Shown: piece by piece, positions 51,671-64,000 of the stretch | How the letters are laid out: the number at the start of each line of letters is the position of its first letter | Numbering within the stretch: the stretch's first letter is position 1 | Assembly (NCBI RefSeq): GCF_030684315.1 | Contig: NC_081368.1 | Location: 42,175,734 to 42,239,733 of the forward strand | Reading direction: 5' to 3' | From: Stegostoma tigrinum | Taxonomy: Eukaryota | Length of the DNA: 64,000 nt | The notes under the pieces: model-generated | The model's database searches: none | Told to the model about the DNA's origin: nothing | What the model saw: only the letters and a program-made list of their open reading frames with translations | Position numbers and translations under genes: made by a program

Positions 51671-52128
51671 ATCAAGAGTGAGTGAGTGTTTACATAGATT
51701 CAGGAATATAAATGTCTTTTATATGGTATGGACTTATCAACCCGGCCTGGTATTGTGAAGTAAACCCCTGATCATCAAGGTCCACAGGGAAGCCTGAGAA
51801 AACGGTGAGCACTTCCAACATCTTGGAAGTGCCCCATAGGCCAAAGCAGCTATTGATCAAGAGATCCAGCATCTCTTCCAGGATGCTAACGCAGCCTGAG
51901 GAAAAGGCTGTTCTGGAGCAATGACATCAGATCTGTCACCAAGATCATGCTTTACAGAATTGCGGTATTTCCTGCCGTCCTAAATGGCTCTGAGTTGTGG
52001 ATTGTCTACAGCAGACACCTCAAGGCACTGGAGCAGTACCACTAACGCTGCCTGTGCCAAGATCCTGCAAACCCGCTAAGAAGAAAGACATAGCAATGTC
52101 AGAGGCCTCAACCAGGCCAACAATTTGG

Positions 52129-52425
52129 GGGCGGCATGGTGGCTCAGTGGTTAGCCCTGCAGCCTCACGGCACCAGCGACCTGGGTTCACTTCCAGCCAT
52201 GTGGAGTTTGCACATTCTCCCTGTGTCTGCGTGGGTTTCTTCCGGGTGCTCCAGTTTCCTCCCACAGCCCAAAGATGTGCATGCTGGGTGGATCAGCCAT
52301 ACTAAATTGCCAGTCGCGTTAAGGGGTGAGTGGGTAATAAGGGGATGGGTCTGGGTGGGATGCTTCAAGGGGTGGTGTGGGCTTGTTGGGCCAAAGGGCC
52401 TGTTTCCACACTGTAAGGAATCTAA
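52129..52425 (+). mobile_element. tRNA-derived SINE (HE1/V-SINE-like)
   Basis: ggcggcatggtggctcagtggttagc...gggttca...gtggagtttgcacattctccctgtgtctgcgtgggttt...gggcctgtttccacactgtaag. Confidence 0.82.
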
Positions 52426-55400
52426 TCAAATCTCCAGCATTGAGGGCACTGACCACCACCACACCCCCGCCACCCAATTTGGCTACACATGCAGAAAGCG
52501 GAAACATTTGAGCCAAGCAGTCATTACCCGTTTTACTGAATGTAAAATCTCAATCTCAAATTTAAATTTAGCAATTGATGCATTGCTCCTTATAATACGG
52601 CCACTACAGTTTCCCATATAATTGCTACAGTGTGTAGAAACTTTAAGCTGGAGATTCCTTATCCCCATTTGTAAGGAATTTATTACCTCATTGATTTCAA
52701 ATTTTACCAGCTCCCAGTTTTTGGAGTTTTTTTTTGGCTGACTGTTGTGGTCTCCTTGACTGACTAACCTGATAGCATATTCCTTCTCCACCTCCTCCTT
52801 CCCACCTCTTTGCAGGCTAATCTTTCCCACCCCTCACTAGCAGGCTAATTCTTCCTATTATCATGCCCAAACTTGCAGCCTACTCCTTTCTGTTCTACAA
52901 AATTCTTTTCCATGCACCTTTTGGCCTCTTTCCTCCTCCCTTTGCATTCCCACTTGCCCCTTGCAGCCTCCTTGCTCTCCCTCCCAACTCCCACAACCAC
53001 TTCCTTCTCCACCTCACTCACAGCATCCTTCTTTCTCCATCTCCAATTTGAAGCTTCTTTCTCCCTTCTCCCTTACAACCATTTTCAACCTCCTTCTCCA
53101 TTTCCCCTTATCCCAACAGAAGATGGCATTCCCCAGATCCTCTAATAGTAAATCTGGACCCAGCTCCCAGGAATTTAGGCCTGGACTGGAAATCATTCTA
53201 AGGCCTGTGCCCTGGTGGCAATCCCCAGAGTTGGGGCCTGGTGAACAGCAACCTCAGTGACTGCAACACTGAAGTAACTTAGCTTCCCTTCCCAAAGCCC
53301 AGCTTCCCACAGCAGTCTCTGAACCCTGAATGCAACACTTGATAGCAACTGTCCTATGGCCTGGGTCCTGGCACCAGTTCCTTAGGCCTGAAAAACGCCT
53401 GGTGAAAATTCCCAAGCCTGGGCCTGGCTGGCAGTAACACTGCAGCGACTTGCCCCGAGGCTCACCTCCCAGCTGTAATCCCAGACACGTGGGCCCAGCC
53501 CTCGGTGACAACTCCCTTAAGTACTCGCACCAACCGTCAAGGCTTGGCCTAGTTAGCAGTAACTCCAATGAGTGTTACGCCACAGCAGATTACCTCCTCA
53601 GCTGCTTCTGCAGTCGCAGGTTGATTTGTGCCACGTTTGATTCTCACAGAATCAGTAAATGTTTGTGATGTCACTCTGTTATTGAAGGAGCAGCCCCACT
53701 TCCGTCTGTCTGACGTATGTTGATGACTTGGCTCTGCTGCTGAAACCTAGAGCCTCCAGAAAGCCTGACCCCATAGCACAGCATGCACCCTCTTCGGGGC
53801 CCTGATTAAAAATGTACAATGCAAATTGCAGGAAGTCATGACCAAGCTTTATTGTTTTCTAGTTAACCTGTATCTTGATTTTTGTGTCCAGTTCCAGTTT
53901 CTGAGGTAAAAGGGGGATTCAAATGATGAAAGTAATGTAAAGGGCTATAAGTTTGATCCACAATTTTAGAGGTTCAAAATGTGAAGAAAGCATGAAGAAT
54001 ATTCACCTTTTTAACTTTGAAAATTGATTTCTGAGAGAGATGTTTCTTAGAGATAATAATATTTGTAAATGAAAGTTGAATTTGGCTAGGAGACTAGAAC
54101 AACAGAGTAAAAGGTTCTGATTGCTTAAAGATAATTTGATAAATTATATCAGGAATTTTTTCATGCTGCAGAGATTGATCATGCACAAAAGGATATAGCG
54201 GAGGTGAGAACCCAGCAATCATTTAAAAAAAATACTTTGTATGTTGTAGTGTTAGGATAACCTTCAGTGATATTCCGGAATGATAAATTAAGATTGACCA
54301 AGTTGCTGTTCTCACCTGTAGCTGCCTCCAAATCATGATCTTTTAAAATAAAGAATGCAATGGAGAAATCTATGTTCCTTCATTGGATAGAGAAAATAAA
54401 CCCCTGAATTACTTCATCTTTACCAGGATTACAGGATAGGAATATTCTATGTAGGATAATGGAAAAATGAAAGACAGAAACATATATTTAGAAAAAAGGT
54501 TCAAGGACATTTGGAAGAGTTTCTTTTGGAAAAAGTTTATAACACCAGGATATGGAGCTCATCTAACACACAGCTAACCACTGTATTAGTTGAAATGGTA
54601 GAAGTGTATTCAGGAGGAAAGATAAATAATTTACTTTCTAGCAATTGCACTATGTGAGGTGTACTGACTCTTGACATTGAGATGAAGTTACTGGCTTTTT
54701 GGAAAATTGCAAAGAGGTGACAATCTGGTGAACTGCATTCTGAGAACAAAGTAGCATGAAAAAAATCTCATGAAATATCAATGGAATAATAAAAAAAATC
54801 ATTAAATTGAATAGAAGGCAAAGGGGAGAAAGAGCAGAATATGGCTAAGGAACTGGATTGTTTCAGTCAGTGTTCAGACTAGGGAGTTGTAGAACACTGA
54901 CAGTTTGTATTGAGTTGTATTGTTTGTATTGGAATAATATAGAAGGTTAATGTCAAAATGTTCAAAATGATAAAGGGGGTGAAATTGAATTGACCAGGCT
55001 AATTGGTCAGAATTATGGTTATAGCTGAACAGAAGTTTGTTTGCCATTGTATCTGCAGTGTAAATGTTATCATCCAATGAGCAGCAGATACCTTACTGAA
55101 TTGGAGGAAGGACATGCAAATTAATGCATCACATGGGTTATTTTGAGCCTTGGCAGTGGCATGGGAAAGAAATAAATGAGACATGGAGTAAAATTGTTTT
55201 GACCCTGAATACTGTGGGCATTGTTGAGTCAGATAGGACAATAGGAAGAGAACATTAGAAATTAGATTCTTGACATTGTGTGAAAGAAGTTTGACTCTGC
55301 AATCAAGTTTTGGATATTAAGACAAGAACCTCACTAGTGCGTGGAAAAAGGCCTTTTTCTTGCATAAGTATGCCGTTCATACCTAATCTCACCTCAGGGA

Positions 55401-55699
55401 AATGCAGCTTCCCATTCTCTCACCTGTCATCTTATATACCTCAATTATATCTCCTCTCATTCTTCTAGACTGTAGAGAATATAGGCCTAAATTACTCAAC
55501 CCCTCTTCATTAACCATCAAAAACTTCACTAACAACCAAGCAGCTTGTCTTGATGGTCAGCAACACTTAGTCAAGTGTCATATATTTCGCAACACTGCAA
55601 TATGCTATGTCAATCTCACACCTGAACCGTGTGTCACATTAGCTGTAAGTGATGAACAAAGCTCAGTGATCCCTCAACCATCAGATCAGATTTTAGCTT

Positions 55700-56597
55700 T
55701 GCAGTCCTGCCACATCCAATAATGAATGATGATGAACGATAAACACTTTATTGAAGGAGTGGGTTCCACAAATATCCCCATCTGCAGATATCCCAGCATA
55801 TATGTGCAAAAGATAAGGCTGAAGCATTCACTGTAATCTTCAGCCCTAACTGTGAGTGGATGATGCATCTTGGCCTCCTCCAGCTTACAGCCATCTTGAT
55901 TCACTCCATGTGATATTTGAAGCACTGGATACTGCAAAAGTATGGACCTTGACAATAGTGCTGAAGACATATGTTCCAAAACTTGTGTGCCCCTTGCCAA
56001 GCTGCTCTTGTACAGTTATGACACTGGGATCCACCTGACAGTGTTGAAAATTGCCCAAGTATGTCCTTTACAAAAACAGAACAAATACAACACAGTCAGT
56101 TACCATCCCATCAATCTACTCTCAATCATCAGTAAAGTGATGGAAGGTGTAATCAACAGTGCTATCAAGCAGCATTTGCTCGGCAATAATCTGTTCAGTG
56201 ACATCCAGTTTGGGTTCCACTAGGGCCACTCAGCTCTTGACCTCATTACAGCCTTGTTCCAAACATGATCAGAAGAGCTGAATTCCAGAAGTGAGGCAAG
56301 AATGACAGTCTTTGGCATCAAGCATGCATTTCACTGAATGTGGCATCAAGGAGCCCGAGCAAAACCCGAATCAACGTGAATTGGGGGAAAATATTGCTGT
56401 TTGGAGTCATACCTGGAACATAGGAACATGGTTATGATCGTTGGAGATCAGTCACCTCAGCTTCAGGACATCTCTGCAGGAGTTCCTCAGGGTACTGTCC
56501 TAGGCCTAACCATCTTCAACTGCTTCATCCATCATAAGGTCAGAAGTGGGGATTTTCAGAGTGGGGATTGTGTAATGTACAGCACCATTTGTGACTG
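55700..56597 (+). mobile_element. CR1/L2-group LINE RT fragment
   Basis: YHPINLLSIISKVMEGVIN...QFGF and ISAGVPQGTVLG. Confidence 0.78.
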
Positions 56598-57850
56598 TTT
56601 TGTGAAGGGTAGGTGGTGCCTCACAAACCTTATTGAGTTCTTTGAGAAGATGACTGAACAGGTGGATGAGGGTAAAGCGGTTGATGTGGTGTATATGGAT
56701 TTCAGAAAAGCGTTTGATAAGGTTCCCCATGGTAGGCTATTGTAGAAAATACGGAGGCATGGAATTGAGGGTGAATTAGTGGTTTAGATCAGGAATTAGC
56801 TACCTGTAAGAATACAGAGGGTGGTGGTTGATGGGAAATGTTACTAGTTACGACAGTTACTCGTAGTGTACCGCAAGAATCTGTTTTGGGGCCATTGCTG
56901 TTTGTCATTTTTATAAATGACCAGGCTGAGGGCGTAGAAGGATGGGTTAGTAAATTTGTGGATGACACTAAAATAGGTGGAGTTGTGGATAGTGCGGAAG
57001 GATGTTACAGGTTACAGAGGGACATAGATAAGCTGCAGAGCTGGGCTGTGAGGTGGCAAATGGAGCTTATTGCAGAAAAATGTGAAGTGATTCACTTTGG
57101 AAGGAGTAACAGGAATACAGAGTACTGGGTTAGTGGTAAGATTCTTGGTATTGTGGATGAGCAGAGAGATCTTGGTGTCCATGTGCATAGATCCCTGAAA
57201 GTTGCCACCCTGGTTGATAGGGTTGTTAAGAATGAGCATGGTGTGTTAGATTTTATTGGGAGAGGGATTGAGTTTTGGAGCCACGAGGTCATGTTGCAGC
57301 TGTACAAAACTCTGGTGCACCCGCACTTGGAGTATTGCATACAGTTCTGGTTGCCACATTATAGGAAGGATGTGGAAGCATTGGAAAGGATGCAGAGGAG
57401 ATTTACCAGGATGTTGTCTGGTTTGGAGGAAAGGTCTTATGAGGAAAGGCTGAGGGACTTGAGGCTGTTTTTGTTAGAGAGAATAAAGTTAAGAGGCAAC
57501 TTGATGGAGACATACAAGATGATCAAAGGATTCGATAGGGTAGACAGTGAGACCCTTTTTTCTCAGATGGTGATGGCTAGCACAAGGGACATAGGTTTAA
57601 ATTGAGGGGTAATAGATATAGGACAGAAGTCAGAAGTAGGTTCTTTACTCAGAGTAGTAAGGGCGTGGAACGCCCTTCCTGCAACAGTAGTAGACTCGCC
57701 AAGTTTAAGGGCATTTAAATGGTCCTAGGATAAACATATGGATGGTATTGGAATAGTGTGGGTTAGGTGGGCTTCAGATTGGTTTCACAGGTCGATGCAA
57801 CATTGAGGGCCAAAGGGCCTGTACTGCGCTGTAATGTTCTATGTTCTATT
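56598..57850 (+). mobile_element. CR1 LINE 3' half
   Basis: CLTNLIEFFE, DVVYMDFRKAFDKVPHGRL, SKFVDDTK, HLEYCIQFW, and a (TTCTATG)n tail. Same family as 40202-40920. Confidence 0.92.
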
Positions 57851-58782
57851 TTCTTTGTTTATATATTGAAGCAGTCCTTATCTAAGGGCAGCAAGATCTG
57901 GATAACATTCTGCTGCTTTAGCCAGTAACATTACAGCTATGTAACTTGGAATCTAGTAACTCCAGTTCTGAGAGATAACTCGGAAAACATTTAACGAAAA
58001 GCAAGAGTGGGTTAAACATTTTCTTTGTACCATCTGCCGTAGAACTGCGGGATTAACCAAGCTCTTGCTATAGTACACAAGCTTATTTAAGGAACTAAGT
58101 AACAACTAGTGCCTAATTCAAGCTATTGCTGAATTTCCTCATATCAGCAAGGCCAATTTTGTGCTCCTGAGATGCTGCTTGGCCTGCTGTGTTCATCCAG
58201 CTTCACACTTTGTTAACTTAGTAGGAACTTAACTTCGGGTTTGAGATGTTTGTGTTGGGCAGAAGGAAATGCATACCTGCAGGAAAATGCTTTTATTCTT
58301 TCGGTGACAATAGGTTTGAGCTTTGCTGTGAAGTCTCTGGGTTTGAATTATCTGTACACACTTGCTGTCTAAGAAGACGCTTGTTATTTGACATCTCCAT
58401 GAAGCACAGGTTTCTGTAGAACTGCACCAAGCAAAATCCAGCGCCTTCGAGGGTGTGAGTGAAATTTATAGGACACAGGACAGAACAACTACTGGTATAA
58501 GATGTAAGACAATTTTGATATTAGTCAAGTTATAAGCAAGGTCCTTTAAATGTGAATCATAAAACCTTTATATATATAAATTGCCTCCAAAATATCTGAA
58601 AGATATGAAGTTAATAGGAAGATATAAAGTTTCTTCGTTTCCATTTCATGGTGAAGTATGAGAAGCTGACAATGGGTTACAAAGCAAATGAGAAGTTGGG
58701 TATTGTTTCAGTTTATTTCTGAATAACTTTTGTTTGCTATAAGGCAGTAACTGCTTTATCAATAAGTTATTTTCTATTTCAG

Positions 58783-58915
58783 ATAATGCCTGCGATCCAG
58801 GAGTCTGTGCCAAACAAATGTGGATTGATGTGACTAAGATTAAAAATGAGCTGTGTCTGACCTTCATGGATAATGGAAATGGAATGACTCCAATTAAACT
58901 ACACAAAATGCTAAG
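58783..58915 (+). CDS. MORC4: MORC4-like exon 3 (GHKL motifs I and II)
   Basis: [17 protein letters not shown]...[19 protein letters not shown]. 133 bp, phase-compatible with exon 2 across a 20 kb intron. Confidence 0.92.
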
Positions 58916-61900
58916 GTAGTGTGTTCCACGATGAATAAAATAAATCCCATTTTAAAATAAAATGTTGTCAAAGGAAAAAAAAAGGAGAAAGTAGACAAAT
59001 TGCAATTCAGAATTTATTCAGGTTCAATACAATTTAGAACAGTACAGCAGAAAGTATGACAGGTGAATTATAATTTAGAGCAGAACCATAATGTAACAGA
59101 ATGGTTTATGAACTTGCTTTGATGCTGATTTAATTATTCAAATATCATCATCTGAAAACTGAAGCATTAAGAATAGGATAAATAAGCTAATAGGACAGGT
59201 AAGAATAGAATCGGACAGAATCAGCATGGACTTACAAAAGGGAAACCATACTTGGAAATGTATTAAAAAATGTTACTATGAAATGTTATGAATATATTAG
59301 AAGATTGGGACAACTTCTAGATCTAAAATTATGCTAGCGTTGCTGTGGACTATTTATTTGGTTTGTAGGGTATTTATAATTTATTTAATTTGAAAATACA
59401 TGTTATATCCAGAAAGTGTACCTGATAGGTTTTGTGAAAATAGAAGAATGTTTTCTTTTAGCATCATAGAACATAGAACATTACAGTGCAGTACAGATCC
59501 TTCAGTCCTCGATGTTGCGGTGACCTGTGAAACCAATCTGAAGACCATCTAACCCACACTATTCCACATCAGAATAATTTAATAAATAATTATCTTTTCT
59601 TCTCATGTACTTCTATCAATAAAGTATTGCACCCACTTCAAGATGGCAGCGTGAAGCAGCTTCACTGAGTTCCCAGCATCCTTCTCTGTTACTTAAATAT
59701 TTTGGATATATTTGCAGACAATGTGCTGCAATTTTGGACGTGTGTTTTTTTAGTTGAAGCATTAAGCTGAAATCCTACACAGAAGTGAGCTCCAAAGGAG
59801 CAACAGGAGAACTTTTTATTGTAACCTGAACTGGATAAATATTTCTTGTATATATTTCTTCAATCTCTCTAAAACTGGCCAATTTAACAGTAAATGGAAC
59901 AAAGTTTGGCTAAAATTGTATGCATCTTGTTTCTGCATTAGCATGAAAAATGTGTGTCAATAGTCATGATGAGAACCATTTATTTCAGTTAGTACAGTGC
60001 TTATGTAATAATACTCAAGGTGTGCCCAACTCCATGAACAATACTAACTTACATTTATACAGCAGTTCTACCACAATTAAATGTCCAAAGGTGCTACACA
60101 GAAGCATTATATAAAACAAAATGTGATAGAGGCTGTTGCTAGGGAGAGGGATGGTCCAGTAGCTTGGGGAAGAAGTTTGGAGTGGAGCCGAAATGTTTCC
60201 AGTTTAATATTTAATTTCTACTGATCCACTACTGGATTTTGAATAAGTAACATGACAATTTAGTAATAATGAAGGAGTCTAGAGAAGTGTAGGTGAGTTA
60301 GAATTGGGTGACGTCAGCACGTGTGTGAAAACTAAAGCTGATGATTTCTCCATGGCATAGTTTGTAAATAAGAAATAGGAGGGCCAGTAGTAGTGGTGAG
60401 GGAAATATGTGATTCTTGCTATGATTAGATAACTAAGAATGGAACTTGATGAGAAAAATCCCACTTGCTGATTATAACAGTGGAGGGTTAGAGGAAGGAG
60501 GTGTGGTCAGCTATTTCAAAGGATATAGAAAGATGGAGAAGAATAAGGAGGAATCGCTTGCCCTTGTTTTAATTGTTTAGGATATCTTTTCTGATTTTGA
60601 AATTGTTTCATATGTTTGGTTGGGTGCAAACTGATAGGGAGCATTAAAATGTGGAGTTTCAGGAAAAGGGGAATAGATTTGGGAGGTGACAACGTATTTG
60701 TGGACTTTGGAGAGGAAAGGAAAGTTCAGGATGGCACCAGTAATTTGCAAGGATGTTGGGATCAGGATTCAGCATTTGAGGAAAGAGGTGATGATGGCTG
60801 TTAAAGGTAAGGGGACGACACAGTAAAGAACCGTTTCCATATCAGCTAATATGGAGAGAAGAATTTCATCAACACTTTTGTGAGAATAAGATCATGGGCA
60901 AAGGAGGTGCTTTGTTTTTTACTTGGAATTGTTCTCTTTCCGCCCCCACTACCCTATCCCAAGAGTTCTTGTTTCCATGTTAGGTCTGTTTTGTTGTATT
61001 GAGGATGCTCTTTGAGATGCTCTGAGTGAAACTCTATGCATACCAGGAAGCCCCATGAAAACTCAAGCTGAAATGCCTGGCTTTCTTTGTATGATTTGCA
61101 TCTCTAGCAAGATGTGATGTCTGGGATGAATGTTTTAAATCTGTGTATAGTATATGTCACATCCAAGGCATGCACTCTTACAAGACACGCAAAGTTATCT
61201 TGAATAAAATCCATTCCTCGTTCTGGAATTTGATACTTAAAAAAACATTTGCTCTCATTCTCTGGCACAAGCCATCTCTATGTAGCTGTTATTTATTTAA
61301 TTTGCCTTCTGGCTCAGCGGCCTAAAAGATATAGGCCAAGTTGCTAACATTATAACTGTTACAATCCTGTGACTGCCCATAATGGAGTCAAACATAATCC
61401 AGAATGTTAATGTGAAAAATTGTTTAATTTCTGCACTACAAAGGAAGGTTGTGATTGAGAATCATTTCTTGCAGTTACATAACAAGAAAAGAAAACAGCA
61501 AGACTTGCTCTTCCGTGCCTGTTTTCTGGTGTGGATGCTTTTTCAAAGATGTATGGACAGTTTTAAACAAAATTGTTCAAATTAAATTTATTGTGAGTGT
61601 ATTATGATTTTTTAGGAAATTTCACTTTGTCATAAAGTTTAATTTAAGGATAAAAAGAACATCTGAGATTTGATATTTGGTGGTATGAAGTCTGTTGATC
61701 TCAGTCAGGGCAAGGTGTGTGCTGCAATCGAACCCATTAGTTGAGTTTTCTGTTTCTTACCACAGGGACAGTTTCCAGTCATGATCCTTTGATTCCTTCT
61801 GAAAAGTGCTTTGATACATGCTACGTGCAAATGCATTCTGCTCTTGGCTTGCAGTTAGCTACACTATTCATACAGAAAGAATAATCATTGGGCAAGGATG

Positions 61901-62537
61901 CCCCACATTTATGAAATCTGAAAGTTACTGCATTAAACAAATGGAGAGGGGGAGGAAAATTGAGAAGAGATTAGCAAAAATTAACTGATTTTGAACACAT
62001 ACTTGAATTTTGTTTAGCTGCATTTCACATATGTAAATCAACTTGTTGCTTAATGAAGATATCAACATATAATATTTTTGAAAAAAAATCTATTTATTTC
62101 CTCCTTTCCCTATTTCTCCAGTTCATATATGGAGGTAGGGGGACACGCTGACCTTATGCAGGGCTGTGAATGTTTTCACTGATAACAAAAATGCAAATTG
62201 AGGAGATAAATTGAACTTTACCTTTATAATGATAAATGGTCCTAAGAACTTAGGAGTTTCTGTTCCCTGTAGTGGGGAAGAAAATCAATAACTAATCAGG
62301 TTGGTTGCAGCTCACCTTCTCTATGCTGACTGAGATAAAATACTACACCAACCAAATATCATTTAGTGTCCATCTCTTTCTCTTACAAAAAAAACTGTTT
62401 AATCCTGCCTCGCTAGAATTAGAAGAAACTATGTTAATTTTGCAGCAATTGATCATTGATGCGAAATGAACTTTCTTTTAGTCTGCATGTCTTTTTCTTG
62501 TAATTTTATCACTTCAAACTTTAATTTTATTTCATAG

Positions 62538-62755
62538 TTTTGGCTTCACGAACAAAACAGGAAATAAAAACCACTTGCCAATTGGTGTTTATGGAAATGG
62601 ATTTAAATCCGGCTCAATGAGGCTGGGAAAAGATGCTCTTGTCTTCACCAAGAATGGCGGAGCTTTAAGTGTAGGCCTCCTATCGCAGACATACCTGGAA
62701 CAGATTAACGCCCAAGCAGTCATCGTACCCATTGTGCCTTTCAACCAGCAGAATA
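62538..62755 (+). CDS. MORC4: MORC4-like exon 4 (GHKL motif III); the gene continues past the window
   Basis: SFGFTNK...[74 protein letters not shown] matches recalled MORC4 rather than MORC3, and RBM41 lies next to MORC4 in human. Confidence 0.9.
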
Positions 62756-62764
62756 ATATCCTTT
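62756..62764 (+). other. U12-type (AT-AC class) 5' splice site
   Basis: ATATCCTTT begins exactly where MORC homology ends. No GT donor lies at this position, and read-through stops at 62764-62766. Confidence 0.9.
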
Positions 62765-63329
62765 AATGTTATGGATTTTTCATATTTAGTACATTTTATC
62801 CTAATTTATTGGGCTTACATCGGTACTGCACTGTCTTTTCCACATTGTTTCCACCATCTTCCCTCTGTTATGTGTTAAATTGCTTGAGCATGCTGCAACG
62901 TTATACAACTTTTGTGTAATGGACCACTAGTTCTAAATTTTCTAGTGCATGTGCATCTTCTGTGTGATACAGCGTTTAGCTTTTAGTGATCCTTGAAATA
63001 ATCTTCACATTATTTGAGCAATCGGGTTAATTTATATGAATAAGCCACAATTTCAAAAAAATGAAAAATCTTGCAGATTGACTTGTATGGTTAGTAACTT
63101 CATCAGTGTACAACTATGTCTCATTGCCCCGGAATAGTTTTTTCCAGCCAAAGGTTTAAATGTGTGAAGCATCAGGTTCAAATTCATATGAAAGGAATTG
63201 TCATGGCTCACAGTTTAATTTTTTCTCGTTGATCAAATGCTGCTTGCGTAGAGTTGTTTGATTTCCTGACCAGTGCTAAAGACAACATGAAAACTCTCAA
63301 TGACTCTAAGAAGTAAATGAACGTTGTGG

Positions 63330-64000
63330 AAAGTAAGGGAGGAAATTGTGAGACCCCTTGCCGAAATATTTACATTAGCTATAGCTACAGGTGAGGTGCC
63401 AGATGACTGGAGGGTTGCTACTGTTGCACCTTAGTTTAAGAAAGATTGTCAGGGGAAATCGGGGAACTATAGACCTGCGAATCTGACTTAAGTTGCAGGT
63501 AAATTGTGGGAGGTAATTATAAAAGATAGGATTTAGGGACACTTAAAGACGCAAAAATTGATTAGGGGTAGTCAGAATGGTTTTGTGTGAGAAAACGTGT
63601 CTCACAAACTTGATTGAGTCTTTTGAGGAAGTGAGCAAAAAAATTGATGAGGAAAGAGCAGTAGACATTGTTTACTTGGACTTTAGTAAAGCACTCGCCA
63701 AGGCTCTGCGTGGTGGAATAATTACTAAAGTTAGGTCACATGGGATTCAGGGTGAGCTTGCCAGTTGAATACAAATTGGCTTAACAGCAGGAGACAGAGA
63801 GTAATGGTGGAGGGTAGCTTTTAGGACTGGAGCCTGGTGACCTTTGAGAGTGAGAGCCTTTTTCCTCTGATGGAGAGGCTTGCACGAGGGGACAATGCTT
63901 TAAACTGAGGTGTGATAGATATGGCAGAGGTAGGTTCTTTACTCAGTGAGGGCGTGGAATGCCCTGCCTGCAACAGGAAGGATGTGGAAGTATTGGAAAG
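63330..64000 (+). mobile_element. CR1 LINE fragment with internal deletions
   Basis: VPDDWRVA, GNYRP, CLTNLIESFEEV, DIVYLDFSKA, joined directly to 3'-end pieces. Confidence 0.82.

Noticed and set aside
49505-53650. GC-richer patches starting GGGCTGAATCTTAC, possibly a Harbinger-like element
   Set aside because: No matching inverted terminus or convincing transposase or Myb motif found by eye. Needs a repeat-library search.
1-64000. CRISPR arrays, operons or other prokaryotic systems
   Set aside because: The sequence is eukaryotic with spliceosomal introns, and no regularly spaced repeat-spacer array is seen.

Overview
AT-rich vertebrate genomic DNA. The repeat repertoire (HE1/V-SINE-like SINEs, CR1 LINEs with (TTCTATG)n tails, many Penelope-like elements) points to a shark or other elasmobranch; this is an inference. 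Three spliced genes can be rebuilt by hand. COX11 is on the minus strand (4 coding exons, 259 aa). RBM41 is on the plus strand (7 coding exons, 397 aa, RRM) and shares a compact NRF1/ZNF143-type bidirectional promoter with COX11 at ~14.6-14.75 kb. The first 4 exons of a MORC GHKL ATPase, most like MORC4, follow on the plus strand; its exon 4 ends at a perfect U12-type ATATCCTTT donor. The introns hold two clades of Penelope-like elements (PLEs), CR1 and Rex1-like LINEs, SINEs and a near full-length decayed hAT transposase. The most notable non-genic signal is a set of minimal hammerhead-ribozyme motifs (CTGATGA-stem II-GAAAC-GTC). They occur in PLE terminal repeats and in many 100-250 bp non-coding mini-elements, some of them fold-back, several lying near the two CpG promoters. 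Gene and repeat-family names come from recalled homologues, not database searches.
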